A DNA stretch of 63,432 nt, the filler included, from Asterionella formosa (taxonomy: Eukaryota), in the NCBI GenBank assembly GCA_002256025.1. It is 16 parts of 16 records of this genome, joined end to end, with 100 filler letters (N's around TTAATTAATTAA, not from the genome) between each part and the next. Parts side by side here need not be neighbours in the genome. Positions count along the whole stretch, not along the records: positions 1 to 31,657 come from NKIB01000613.1; 15 more parts are not named here. One strand, 5' to 3'. Of this stretch, positions 11,620 to 22,896 are shown piece by piece (within the stretch, counting starts at the first letter, position 1; every line of letters starts with the position of its first letter). The notes under the pieces are model-generated. The model did no database searches and was not told the origin of the DNA. It was given only the letters and a program-made list of their open reading frames with translations. A program made the position numbers and the translations under genes.

Positions 11620-13080
11620 TTATGTTCCAAAATTTTTCAGTTGGACATGGTTCACAAACCGAGCCAACTCTGTAGATAGCCATGTTGTAGATGGCGAGAC
11701 TTCATCGAGCCCCTCGACCTGATGGAAGGCGAACCCCAAGTGGCCGCCGTGGCATGTACGATGAAAATTGATCGGGGCCTTACCACCAAATGTTTGTGTC
11801 TTTTCAAGAGGGAAGACCTGTGGATCTAGAATAGGATCATCTGCTGACCGAACGACATATGTTGGGACTGCAATACGTTCCAGGTAGTGGATGGAGGAAG
11901 CCTTTCTTCTATACTCTTGCGTACTCGCAAATCCGTACACATGCTTGACAAACGCCTCGTCAAATTCAAGGATTGTTCTTGCGGCCATGACTCCGGCATA
12001 GTCAAAAAGAGGGGTATCCTCGTTCCCATCGCAGAGCAAGTGTAGTTGATCTTGAATTTTGCCACGGAAACTATTTAGCAAGATCTTACAATATACCATC
12101 TGATTGAAACCAGGTTTGTCCAAATATTCAATATCCCGCTCTTGGTCCAAAGGTGGGGATGCAATTGCCGCACCTTGGATATTGTACCGGTCCACAGCGG
12201 ATTCGCCAAGCTCACCTAGAGCCTTCAACACAACATTTCCACCCAATGAAAACCCAGAAAGATATAGAGGAGGCAGAGCCGTGTGTCGTCTCCGATGTAG
12301 CTTTAGAAAGTATTTCAAATCATCTGTGAAACCAGCATGATATCCACCCAGCTTGCCAGCAGGTACACCGGAGCAACCCCGAAAATTCAAGCATACGACG
12401 TTCATGTCTTGCTCCGTGTAAGCTTGCGCAATATCCTTGGTTAGTGGCGATTCCGAATTGGCTTCGAGACCATGCAGTAAAATAACAAGACCCCTGGGGT
12501 TCGGCACAAACTTGTAGTCAGCATGAAAAAAATCTCCATCAGGAGTGTCAACTCGTTCACGAATATCCCAATACTTTGTGGAATGATTCCGGGATACAAT
12601 GACGTTAACAAGCTTTCCAGCCAATGCTTTCAAACCTGGTCTCCAGTCGTTGTTATGAATGTACTTGAGCTCGGGCATGTCTCTAGTGAACATACCTCCA
12701 ATGGTTTGCACATGTTTATTTGATAGCCAAGGCACTGGTGAAAAGTGATTGGGGATGAATGAGGAGGCAATGGGTGCCGCTTGAGATTGGCAAGCTTCTA
12801 GTCGCGGCACAAGCGCGTCACCATTAATCAGTTGTCTTTCTTCCGAGAATGTTCGTGATCGTTGACGGGGTAACCTATACAGTCGGTCTCGTCGAGGTCT
12901 GTTGAATTTTTTTTGAGAATCTGATGGGGTATCTTCAGGGACACTTACACTACTTTGATGCAAGGCCGATGATGATCTGGTGCGCCAAAACGGTCGAAGA
13001 GAGCGTTGGGGTGCATTTGAGGGTAACAGCGCCCTTGCGGCTTGGCAAAATGCCAGTAGAAGGAGAAGCCATTTGATCAT
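11620..13080 (-). CDS. YheT/ABHD1-3-like alpha/beta hydrolase, probably plastid-targeted
   Basis: Motifs HVQTI, ILLHGLE, NFRGCSG, YHAGFTDD, GFSLGGN (Ser), ADDP (Asp) and HGGHLG (His). Signal peptide MIKWLLLLLAFCQAARA is followed by a Ser/Arg-rich transit-like stretch. Confidence 0.9.
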   Translation of the reverse strand: MIKWLLLLLAFCQAARALLPSNAPQRSLRPFWRTRSSSALHQSSVSVPEDTPSDSQKKFNRPRRDRLYRLPRQRSRTFSEERQLINGDALVPRLEACQSQAAPIASSFIPNHFSPVPWLSNKHVQTIGGMFTRDMPELKYIHNNDWRPGLKALAGKLVNVIVSRNHSTKYWDIRERVDTPDGDFFHADYKFVPNPRGLVILLHGLEANSESPLTKDIAQAYTEQDMNVVCLNFRGCSGVPAGKLGGYHAGFTDDLKYFLKLHRRRHTALPPLYLSGFSLGGNVVLKALGELGESAVDRYNIQGAAIASPPLDQERDIEYLDKPGFNQMVYCKILLNSFRGKIQDQLHLLCDGNEDTPLFDYAGVMAARTILEFDEAFVKHVYGFASTQEYRRKASSIHYLERIAVPTYVVRSADDPILDPQVFPLEKTQTFGGKAPINFHRTCHGGHLGFAFHQVEGLDEVSPSTTWLSTELARFVNHVQLKNFGT

Positions 13081-14746
13081 TCCAATTCGCTTGTTGGTTA
13101 CATGCAACCCCGTTCAATGAACGTGACAAGAGAACGTATTAAAGGAATGTCCAACAAGAAAGAGTTTTTGAACGAGAAAGCAGCGAAAAAAGGATCGTCT
13201 TTACTGCTCAATCGAGATAGCATTAATTACAATATATATATTATTCAAAAATATAAATTCGAAAACAATATGTGCCGATCGGAATGCAATTGCTTCGATT
13301 TTTATCGGAGGTGGACCATCATAATGGCTGAACTGCACGTTTCACGCGTTTTGTGAAGCAACGGTTAATCCTACTACCGGTGTACGCACATAGCTAGCAG
13401 ACTTACTGCGAAACAAAACAGCCGATACTTCTTCAGTCGGCTCGGTCACCTCGTTGAGAACTGACGGTCCTGCCGTCTGAGTTTCCCGCGTCAAATCATA
13501 CCATTCTGGAATAACTTTGACATACTCTCCTACCGGCACTGCCTATACTTTATGTATGAATAGAACTACCAGGTCAGCGATACGAGTACCAGTACATGTT
13601 GCTTTGATATACCGGTATGCCGGTGTACTACGGTATACGGTAAAGTGGTTATATGTCTTCTTGTGATAAAATTTAACAAAAACATATTTTTATCACAGCT
13701 GTATTCAAATAATTCTGGAATTATTTGTACAGTACCAGGTACCTGGTACCTGGTGGTACCTTGAATATCCTGTAAACAGAAGTGGCTAAGGTTAAAAGCT
13801 GAGTATCAGTATTTTAGGGAGAGCAGCAAAAGTGTGGTACTTCCGGGCTAGCCACAGTGGAGGTGTGGTGCATTACTATGTTCTGACTTGTCTGTATTTT
13901 GGTGTTCCAGTTTAATGAAAACACAAAAGTACTCCCCATTCCAGTCATCATAATTGTTGGGATGATTATCCTGGGCAGGTGAAGTATTTCAAAAAGCTGG
14001 GCTGTGACTCTGAATGCAAGGAAGTGCCATGCAGGCACCACTACTACCCCTTGAGCCGTTTTGAGGCACTTTATAAATGAGGTACTACAGTATATTATGA
14101 AAACACAAAAGTAAGAAGCTGGCTGTTTCAGTAGGGATTCTGCCTATATACTCTGATTGTAGACTGGTTTGCATTGAGAAGTTGCACATTGTAACCCAGC
14201 AAGTTATGGTAATTTTGTTGAAACTAAAGATTTAGCACTCTTTATCCTAGATTAAAATATTAGTTGGAGCAAAATTACTGCAACTTGCAGATATCTGTAC
14301 TCTTGTTAAGCTGGCTATTTAGACCTGGTATAGGCATAATTGTGCCACACTGGTAGACTACCAGAAGCCTGTTATTGATAGATATAAACTTATTATTATA
14401 GGTCTAGAGCCAACTCCAAGTAACTCAGCAATAGTGCGGTCGAGGCCAAGGAATACCTAAAGAATGCATGAATTCGTCCATCACATGGACCATGGTATGG
14501 CAAAATATCCATCATTGGGTGAGAACAAGTACTGTGAGAATAGAAATTAAGAATATAAGGTCCTGGTTTCTCCGTGCTATGTTTCCTTGGCTGTTGTTGA
14601 TGTGGTTAACACATTGCGAAGAAGCCATGATTTACTTGAAGGTGTATATAAGTTGAAATGAACTTATTTGTATTTGAATCGCCTGTCTGCTGTGAGAATA
14701 AAAGCAAATCACAATGACCTCCATCAAAGCTAGCGCATACAAGCAT

Positions 14747-15577
14747 TTATCTGTTGTCCTGTATCCATTCATGTACTACACAGCGGGCCTCCAGCTTCAA
14801 GGTTTGCCCCAGGGGTTTTGCTTCCTCGCTTGCTCGTTTGAGCCGACGTTCAACCTTTTTCAAAAGCCCCTTCAAGGTGCTTTTCTTGAGTTGATTATTT
14901 TTGTATTCCATGTGCACAGACCATGCCTTGTTCAAGGCACTTGGGGATTGTTCACGATTCAACAGACCTGCTGTTTCCAGGTAAATCTTGCCAAGTTGTC
15001 CCTTACCATTCTCCACATAGTAAATTCCCAGCTTGCGCATGGCACTTGCAACAGCTTGTAGGGTTTCATTTATGATTCGCTTTTGCAAACATTCAGACTT
15101 TACCAGGACCTTTCTAGATTCATTGAATTCGCCATTATTGAACAAAATCTCCCCCAACTGATAGAGTGCTGCTGAAATCGCAATTTTTTCTGAATGAGCG
15201 ACTGTTGTTGACATTTGCATGAGACGGGCTGACACAGCTTCAAGGTATTTGGTGGAGCTGCTGCTTGTAGCAACGGCTTGAGGTACGGGTTCCAAACGGT
15301 CCAATGACATTTCTCCAGTTGATGTTTCTGATGGAGACACCGGCATCCCAAGTAAAGGCGTCGTCAGGTCGTCGTTGTCTTGATAGACACATAGGGAGCT
15401 GAATACCTGGTTTTCTTCCAGCATGGTGAACATTCTGTTGGCGTAGTGGTCTCGAATCGTCATAAAGTAGCTAATAAACAATGGTGCAACCAAAATGAGG
15501 CCAGCCATTGTTTGGCGGGATATACCGCCTTCGAAATGCGGAACCATGGACCCCATAGTTGATATGTTGGCACCCAT
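14747..15577 (-). CDS. Hypothetical protein with one TM segment and TPR-like helices
   Basis: Likely start MGANIS at 15577; hydrophobic AGLILVAPLFISYF; TPR-like AALYQLGEILFNNGEFNES and AMRKLGIYYVENGK. Confidence 0.6.
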   Translation of the reverse strand: MGANISTMGSMVPHFEGGISRQTMAGLILVAPLFISYFMTIRDHYANRMFTMLEENQVFSSLCVYQDNDDLTTPLLGMPVSPSETSTGEMSLDRLEPVPQAVATSSSSTKYLEAVSARLMQMSTTVAHSEKIAISAALYQLGEILFNNGEFNESRKVLVKSECLQKRIINETLQAVASAMRKLGIYYVENGKGQLGKIYLETAGLLNREQSPSALNKAWSVHMEYKNNQLKKSTLKGLLKKVERRLKRASEEAKPLGQTLKLEARCVVHEWIQDNR

Positions 15578-16154
15578 TATGATCGCTTTACAAGAGGATG
15601 GACTAGAATAAATGCGCACACGGCATTGATGAAGGTTGGTAAAAGTCGTGCCTTGAAAGGATCTGTGATATTGGTACAATGAGAATGATCCTGGGGTTAA
15701 CATTTGTTGCAAGCAAGATTCATCATGTCGCTTCTTCCTCTTTCGCTTAAAACCCACGACCTAACCTCACAACGGTACCTGATGAAACTACCGGTAGCAC
15801 ATTAACACAAACAGGTATACATAAATGTATACCGGTAGGAATCCTGCATGTAATCATTCGATTGCTTGTCGGTGTTCGCATGCGTGTCAGTTATTCATCA
15901 TAACGTTACTATTATATTATAACCGGCACTTCTTGCTTCGCTCTGTTGTCAAATGGCAAACCTACCGGTACTTGTTATGGAGAATCTGGCGCGCCCGGAT
16001 GGTGCTCAGGTTCGGCTGTGGTGGAATGGGCTATAATTCTCGCTGCGAAAACCCGAATTCTACCATGATGAAAAGCAACCATGATATGTATCGATGACGG
16101 AGTTGTGTGTTGGTTTGTTGGCAATCAAATTCTCCTCACCAAGACGGTGTAAAA

Positions 16155-16700
16155 ATGGACAATCAAAAGATAAAACGACGGCGAACTACAGGCTTTCGTT
16201 GTCAATTACCACTGCTGGTCCTTACTTCCTCTTTAGTCTACATTCACACATCCTACAGCTACACTCACAACTACAGAGTGCGGTGCTCCATTCCGAATAA
16301 AAATCAAGCTGAAGTGTTTCAACGATGCCTCAATGGGTGGAGAGAGGATAATTTCCAGCTCCCTCTCAACCCTCCAATTGTTCTTCGGCGAGGGGACCAC
16401 GAGACTGGGAAAGGCTTTGAGTTGATCCGGATACCACCGTTTGGTCTTCGAGAGGCAATCGTCGATAACGTCAAGGGCCCAGATGGTACATTGACGATGG
16501 TATACAGAGTTATGAATCCGGGGTGGCTCACTTTTCCGGTTTCAAAGCACGAGGGGGAAATTGTATTCAGTCCGACTGACAATGGTGGTACCGAGTTGGT
16601 TTGGAATATCCACTGGACACCACTACCATTTTGTGGTGGAATTACTCAATTCTTTACTGAGCTTATCATCAACCAATGTGTGAAATTTGTGGTAGACTAG
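16155..16700 (+). CDS. Hypothetical SRPBCC/polyketide-cyclase-like protein
   Basis: LREAIV...MVYRVMNPG...HEGEIVF...GGTELVWNIHW pattern fits a helix-grip fold; N-terminal hydrophobic stretch. Confidence 0.6.
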   Translation: MDNQKIKRRRTTGFRCQLPLLVLTSSLVYIHTSYSYTHNYRVRCSIPNKNQAEVFQRCLNGWREDNFQLPLNPPIVLRRGDHETGKGFELIRIPPFGLREAIVDNVKGPDGTLTMVYRVMNPGWLTFPVSKHEGEIVFSPTDNGGTELVWNIHWTPLPFCGGITQFFTELIINQCVKFVVD

Positions 16701-17020
16701 CTGGACCATGTTGAGATGTCGCAGTTGCATGCGTGATCATAATGGGACACGACATTTCAAAATTGTCAAAAAGGAGAGAAGTTGCTGATGACTTGTCCAA
16801 AGGGTAGCTATATTATCGCTCATTTTACTTTTGAACCACCGGTATTCTTTCTGCTGGCTTGAAAGAACAAAAAAGGCAATGCCCAGATGCTATTAGATGT
16901 TTTGTCCAGGGCTGTATGTTATTGCTCAAACTGGATAAAATTACATATTATACTGTAGCAATTAAGTGATGTATAATAATAAAATTATTAAGTAAATTTT
17001 ATAGTATGCTATTGTTAAAG

Positions 17021-17199
17021 AACTTGACAATTGTGGAGGTTGAGAAGTTGCACTTGACCCCTAGGAGGGCCTTAGACCTGCTTGTTGTCTGCCACACCAC
17101 CCAGAAACCAAGGGATAATATAAACAAAGCAGGTGGAGAATGCCGAAATCGAATCTGCTAGTACCTCAGAAGGTGAGCTAACGACCTAAGCTATTCCCC
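17021..17199 (-). mobile_element. tRNA(Ala)-derived SINE, copy 2
   Basis: Head GGGGAATAGCTTAGG...GATTCGATTTCGGCATTCTCCA; body homologous to 9221-9395 (GGTCTAAGGCCC...CAACCTCCACAATTGT). Confidence 0.6.
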
Positions 17200-19794
17200 A
17201 ATGTAAACTAATAATAAAATATATAAAGCTAAAATCAAATCAGCAATCATCAATCAATATTGTTGCTGTATCTCTGAGTCATTCCAGTTTTCATTATATA
17301 CACAACTGCAATGTATTTCTCATTGGTCATGTCACATGATCCTGTTTTTGCTGTTCCTGTTGTGTTCTTTGCAATTGTTCTTGCTATCCCTCATGTTGTT
17401 GCAGTTCCTGTAATTGTACCTGCTGTCCTTGTCCCTGTTTCCTTCAATGTAGTGGTTGTTCCAGATTGCACATTGGCACTCATTGTCTCTGTTGTCTCCT
17501 TGTCTTCAGTCATTGTTCCAGCTTGCGCAGTCCAGTTTCAGAAGTTGCTGGCCTTTGGTATTCCTCCTTTTATGCATTCTTTGTTCCACCTTTTTTATTC
17601 ACACTCATTGCTTCTCTCGTTCTACATGCACCACCACTGCAGACAGTGGCTTTGCCTTCATTAGATGAACATGAAAAACTATATGAGAATACACTGAACA
17701 CATACTCACTATCACTACTGTCTTTTTGTGATTCTTCAAAATCTTCACGCAGAATAAGAGGAGCTTTTACAGTGTAAGTACAAGATGAATGCTGTGAGCA
17801 AATCAATAGATTTGGTTGTTGTATTCACTTCTACTGAAGATTCGCTACAATTAGCTGTGTCATAGCTGCATGTAGCTGCAAGTATGTATTTGGCTGCTTT
17901 CACTTACTCATTCTCCTATCTAAATAAATCCAATGTATTGATCATAGAGAAAAGAGTTATTGAATGGAAAAAGCTTTCATGGATAAATCAGGTGACCTGC
18001 AGTAGAAATATTTACTGGTATATATAATGCATATGAGCTAAACAAATTTATTTTAAAACACATTCAACCTTCCCCATACTGTAGTCAAATATTGCAATAA
18101 ACCGAGTTGTATTAGCCTGATTTTTCTATAGGTGAAACTTTTTTTGAGATTTCACCGAAAATATAGTTCAGCCTTTCAACAAACTTCTATAGTACTTTAT
18201 GTTACTCCATGCTTATTTTGGAAAATTTGGCATTTAGAAAACCACTAGGAATGCTTAATCAAGCAACTGATCGACAGTGGTGGTGCTATTGGTACTACCG
18301 TAACAGTCGTGGTGACCTCCTAATAACAGGTTTAATGATAAGAACAGACTAGCAATTGAATGGATGATTACAGGCAAATCATAATATTTCTTGGGGCAAT
18401 TTGTCAATCTGATGGATCTGTAGAACGTTTGCTAAGTGATTTGCATGCAATGGCATTCTAAATAATGATTAATCATGATCAATCCACCTTAGAATCGTAT
18501 TTTCCATAGAATATCTCGTTTAGTAGTTCTTCCCTTCCCTGGCAGTCCCCTAGTACTATCTGTTGATTGCTGTGTTGCTTGACACCTTCGTCAATTGGTT
18601 CCTTGTCTTTCTTCTTGGCTGTGTCGGACTTGAAGGATATTTTGGTTTCCATTGCGAAGGTTATCTATCAAATCAATCCATTTCCTCATATCATCATTAT
18701 CGCTGCTTCCACAAGGAAGAAAAATTGAACTTCACTTATATCAAGCGCTTTGATACTACTACTTCTCATTTTCTAGAAGGATAGACCATGTAGCGCTTTC
18801 TGACGTTGCCAGCCCTGATATTCATGTACTTATTTACCAACCCAGCAGGATCATCCCAACAAATGTGGTGACTTTTGGTGCTGGTGCACAGGGATTCCAC
18901 AAGAAATAATAGGAATGAAAAGGAATAACTGAGTGCGATTCTGGTGGACAAAGATGTATTACTATATCCTGTCTGCTGCTTGTTACTTACAGGGCTATGA
19001 GAAGGTTTCTACATTGTTTGTCACATAAGGGACAATGTCCACAATTCCCTTGCTTAGTTTCAAGCGGCTACCTGAACACTATCACAATCAACCTGGGCGA
19101 TGCTGCAAGGCAAGACACCAGTCAAGCAATCAAGGCAAATGGAGGACAAGGATGAGAATACCAGAGATGTGTGTGATGATTTAATATGTATGGTTCACTG
19201 TACTAGCTTTACCATGTTGTGATCAGAGGGAGAAAAAAGTCAACATATAAGGAGCAGTGATGAATCTCCGAAATTATGAAATCACCACGATGTGCGATTT
19301 TCGACTTCTTCATCTCTTGGCAAATCTTGGCAGCATTCCAGACTTGTGCTTTATCAGAAGAGGTGAAGAAGTTGAAAATTGAAATGACAGCAATTGACCT
19401 TCACTTTGCATCACTTCATTGGCATCATGAAACAGCATTTATTTAGCTAAGAAACACAAAACTACCTTGAATTCTTTTAACATTGATTTTCTATTGCCCT
19501 TGTCGTCTACAAAAGTTTGAAGCACTAAAGGTTGCATGTGAGATTTGACAAGCTCATATCATTTTACCATCAGCCAGCTGAAGAAAACCATTCAGCTGAA
19601 ATGACGTCATTGATCGCGTCATTGCTATCATCCTCATTTGAACGAAAAAGATATTATTCTCCTTTTGTACATGCCAAATACTGGTTTTTCTATTGGTTCT
19701 CCTGTGTCACTTACTACTTCTGACGAAGCCGTCATCGCTCCTTGGACTGATACCGATGCTCTTCCTACTCATCACGAGAGGGGCATTAAGCTGT

Positions 19795-20994
19795 ATGCTC
19801 CTTCTTCATGTTATAAGCGTGCTGTGCATCCTCACAGCAGCATTTGTTGTTGTTCCCGTCCGCCTCCCAGTCGACACGGCGTCGTCCTCGTCACTCCATC
19901 ACTCTAACTCTCAGCATGATACGTTTGTGGTATCACTGGATGGCGCATTGGCCAATACGGTAGAATGGAGGATACGGCATGGAATCCAAGCCGCGGCAAG
20001 AACGTGGCCGCAGCAGTTGCATTGCATTGTATCTTCCTCCTCAAACGACGCTGTTGATGCTGTGTTGGACAACAACGAGTGGTTGTCCAACAAGATGAAG
20101 GCGCTGAGTCATGTGATGATGGAACGACCCGGACTTAGTTTGACATGCGACTTCGCTCTGTTGGCTCGGATGTTAGTGGAAGAACAAGAATTGGACCGAG
20201 GGAGGTCGGTGGGGCTCAATGGAAAGTATGCCTCCAAGTTTCATCCGTCGACACACCTGTCGTCATCCACTAGTACGACGTCGTATGCGTCCACCGAATC
20301 ACAACGACGAACAAACGATGGGAGTACCGGTAGCCGGCCTCTCACAGTGGGAGAAATATCTGCTAATTGGTCGGAGGGGGCATTATTGAGTGACACAGTA
20401 ATGGTGAAATACAATGTTGAGGGGAAAAACCCACTGCCTATTCTTCAATCTGCCGTTGAAGACTTATTGTTAGAAGACGAAAAAAAGAGTGTGCTGCCCT
20501 TTGTATGGAACGACGGTGTCTGCGCTGCCTTGTCGCAATCCCTTGGCCGCGTCATTGTGACAGTCAGTCATGAATCGGAAATACCGATGCTACAACGTTT
20601 GTTGCATCAGACCCCACTCGGTGCATCGTTCTTATTGCTGGACAGCGATGAGTCCAAATCTCAGCAGCGTCTTTCAACAACAACGTACTCGAAGACCATT
20701 GTACATCAATCAGTCATGGACGCGCCCAAGGACTCGACAGTTCATGTCATTCATAGTTCTTGGAAAACCTTGCTTCAAGCAAAGCCGTGCTTTGGTGACA
20801 ACATTCCACGTCATGGGAAAAGAGCGGCAATAGCGGCGATTGGAGATGGTTCCGTGCAACTTTCTCTTAATTTACCGCAATGGGCGGAGAATACACATTG
20901 GTGTCAACACAATGATGCTGAAATGGACCCATGGACAAATTTAATATCAGAAAATGACTTTACTGAGCTTGTTTCAGATAGCATTTGGTCCTAA
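19795..20994 (+). CDS. Plastid-targeted HAD-like protein (degenerate motif I)
   Basis: Signal peptide MLLLHVISVLCILTAA-F; motif I-like VVSLDGALANT, in which the first Asp is replaced by Ser; long intact ORF. Confidence 0.65.
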   Translation: MLLLHVISVLCILTAAFVVVPVRLPVDTASSSSLHHSNSQHDTFVVSLDGALANTVEWRIRHGIQAAARTWPQQLHCIVSSSSNDAVDAVLDNNEWLSNKMKALSHVMMERPGLSLTCDFALLARMLVEEQELDRGRSVGLNGKYASKFHPSTHLSSSTSTTSYASTESQRRTNDGSTGSRPLTVGEISANWSEGALLSDTVMVKYNVEGKNPLPILQSAVEDLLLEDEKKSVLPFVWNDGVCAALSQSLGRVIVTVSHESEIPMLQRLLHQTPLGASFLLLDSDESKSQQRLSTTTYSKTIVHQSVMDAPKDSTVHVIHSSWKTLLQAKPCFGDNIPRHGKRAAIAAIGDGSVQLSLNLPQWAENTHWCQHNDAEMDPWTNLISENDFTELVSDSIWS

Positions 20995-21887
20995 GAAGAA
21001 ATTGAAACATTCAATGGAATAGCAATCATCCAATTCCCATATCGTCGAATTCAGTTATGAACTCAGCAGCACTTTAAAACCTAGAGCAGGTTAATCTTGA
21101 TCAAAGATTCACTGAGAACAAGGACGAGATACATGAACCAGAGAGGAACATGATACAAGGGAGGTACAGGAGAAAGAGGATGACATCCGCAAGAGAGAAG
21201 AGGATGAAGTGGTATCCTCAAGATGCCCAGTAATGGAGAGCCCCACGAAAAATTTGAAACAGAAACCAAACATGAAGAGCCATCAAATCAAATCACAACT
21301 TTAGGGAACTTATCATCCAAAACTCTTCAAGATATACTTTTGCAAAAGACATTATTGATCAATGCCTTGAATGAAGGGGAGTAAGGAAAAAAGCTACACA
21401 AAAATTTCTAGTTCCATTATTGCAGACAATAAACATGCCAAGCAGCATATATTCTGAAACAACAGAATTCGCACCTAGTCATCCTTCAGCTGGTCTGACA
21501 CATTTGAGGGGATAATTATTGGTTGCATTTAGATAAGCATTATTCATGAAATAGGATACGATTTACAAATTATCCTGTCTTATCCATAACTTTTAAGGGC
21601 TGTATCATAACAGTTGCCATGTTCTCTGGGTATCAGGTATACCGGTGGCACTAGACAAAATAGTAGCGGGGCACCGGTATTGAAGGTAGAGTATTATACC
21701 ACAGCAAGTAGACTAAACGTACTACCACTTAGTACCAGCTAACCGGTACATAAAGTACCAGTAGTACTTCATGTACTTCAGAAGCACCACCAATAGGGAG
21801 TACTTCTTGACTCGAGCGAATAACATAATCTACTGATGCTCCGACTAAATTACCGGTAGTTCTTGCTGTATTTATGATGAAACACAA

Positions 21888-22652
21888 ATGGAGCAGAACA
21901 AACGTACTCTTTGTCCACGATGCACAAGGCCGACCCCTCGGGGTTGTATCTGTGAAGGCATTCCGGAAGAGCGCATCGCCTTGAATCGAACTCAAGTTAT
22001 TGTCCTTCAGCATCCAAATGAATTGCGACATAAGAATCGAAGTCTTCCACTTTTGGAGCTGTCATTGCGACCAACTGACCTTCACGTGATCCATCTCCGC
22101 AGGTTAGGGGAACAAGTAGACAAGGAACTTATGGCGCAGATGAACGATGCTACTCATCCATTGATACTGATGTACCCAGGCAATGATTCTATAACCCTCC
22201 AAGAAGGGATTGATCGGGTTCGAGAAAACTATCCTCCCCACTGTAAAATTAATTTGTTCGTTCTGGACGCAACATGGAAGTATGCACGTGAAATGGACAT
22301 GGCCAACCAAAGAGAGAAACAATATCCTACTCATATGATTCGCATAGCTCTTTCAACAAAGGATTTTCCAGCTACCTTTTCCCCCCGTAGATTTGATATA
22401 CGAACTCCACCATCAATAGACCACCTGTCCACAGCAGAATCGGTTGCCTGGGTCTTGACTAAATTTGAAAACAATCCTAATTTGTACGACACACTCATGA
22501 AACCTCTTGATGCCATGGTTCAAAAGTGGTCATCTTTTTCTGACACACGAAGTGCCAAAGACACAATGAATGAAGAGGAACCTAGCTATCAGGAGCAACT
22601 CAGAACAAAACCTGGATCAAAGAAAAGAAAGCATGTTAGAATGGAGCGCTGA
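21888..22652 (+). CDS. DTW-domain tRNA-uridine aminocarboxypropyltransferase (TapT/DTWD2-like)
   Basis: N-terminal CPRC..P...CIC, VIVLQHPNE, LMYPG, VLDATWKYA (DTW motif), IRTPP...LSTAESVA. Confidence 0.9.
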   Translation: MEQNKRTLCPRCTRPTPRGCICEGIPEERIALNRTQVIVLQHPNELRHKNRSLPLLELSLRPTDLHVIHLRRLGEQVDKELMAQMNDATHPLILMYPGNDSITLQEGIDRVRENYPPHCKINLFVLDATWKYAREMDMANQREKQYPTHMIRIALSTKDFPATFSPRRFDIRTPPSIDHLSTAESVAWVLTKFENNPNLYDTLMKPLDAMVQKWSSFSDTRSAKDTMNEEEPSYQEQLRTKPGSKKRKHVRMER

Positions 22653-22896
22653 ATTCATTTACCCCAGCAAAGTGGAATGCGTCGAAGGAGCTAGTACGTC
22701 TCTGTTATGTTAAGAAGATTGTTCATTATAATGCAATTATAAAAAGTTTTTATTGATTAACAACTTACGTAATACTAGTGAGACAACTACCAGTATGATC
22801 CTGTGGCACCCCCGCCCCGCGCGACGAACTGACCGGAGCAAAGATGTTTAAGTTAGATTTCATAGCGTTCACAAGGAATACATTTTGAGTTGAGCG

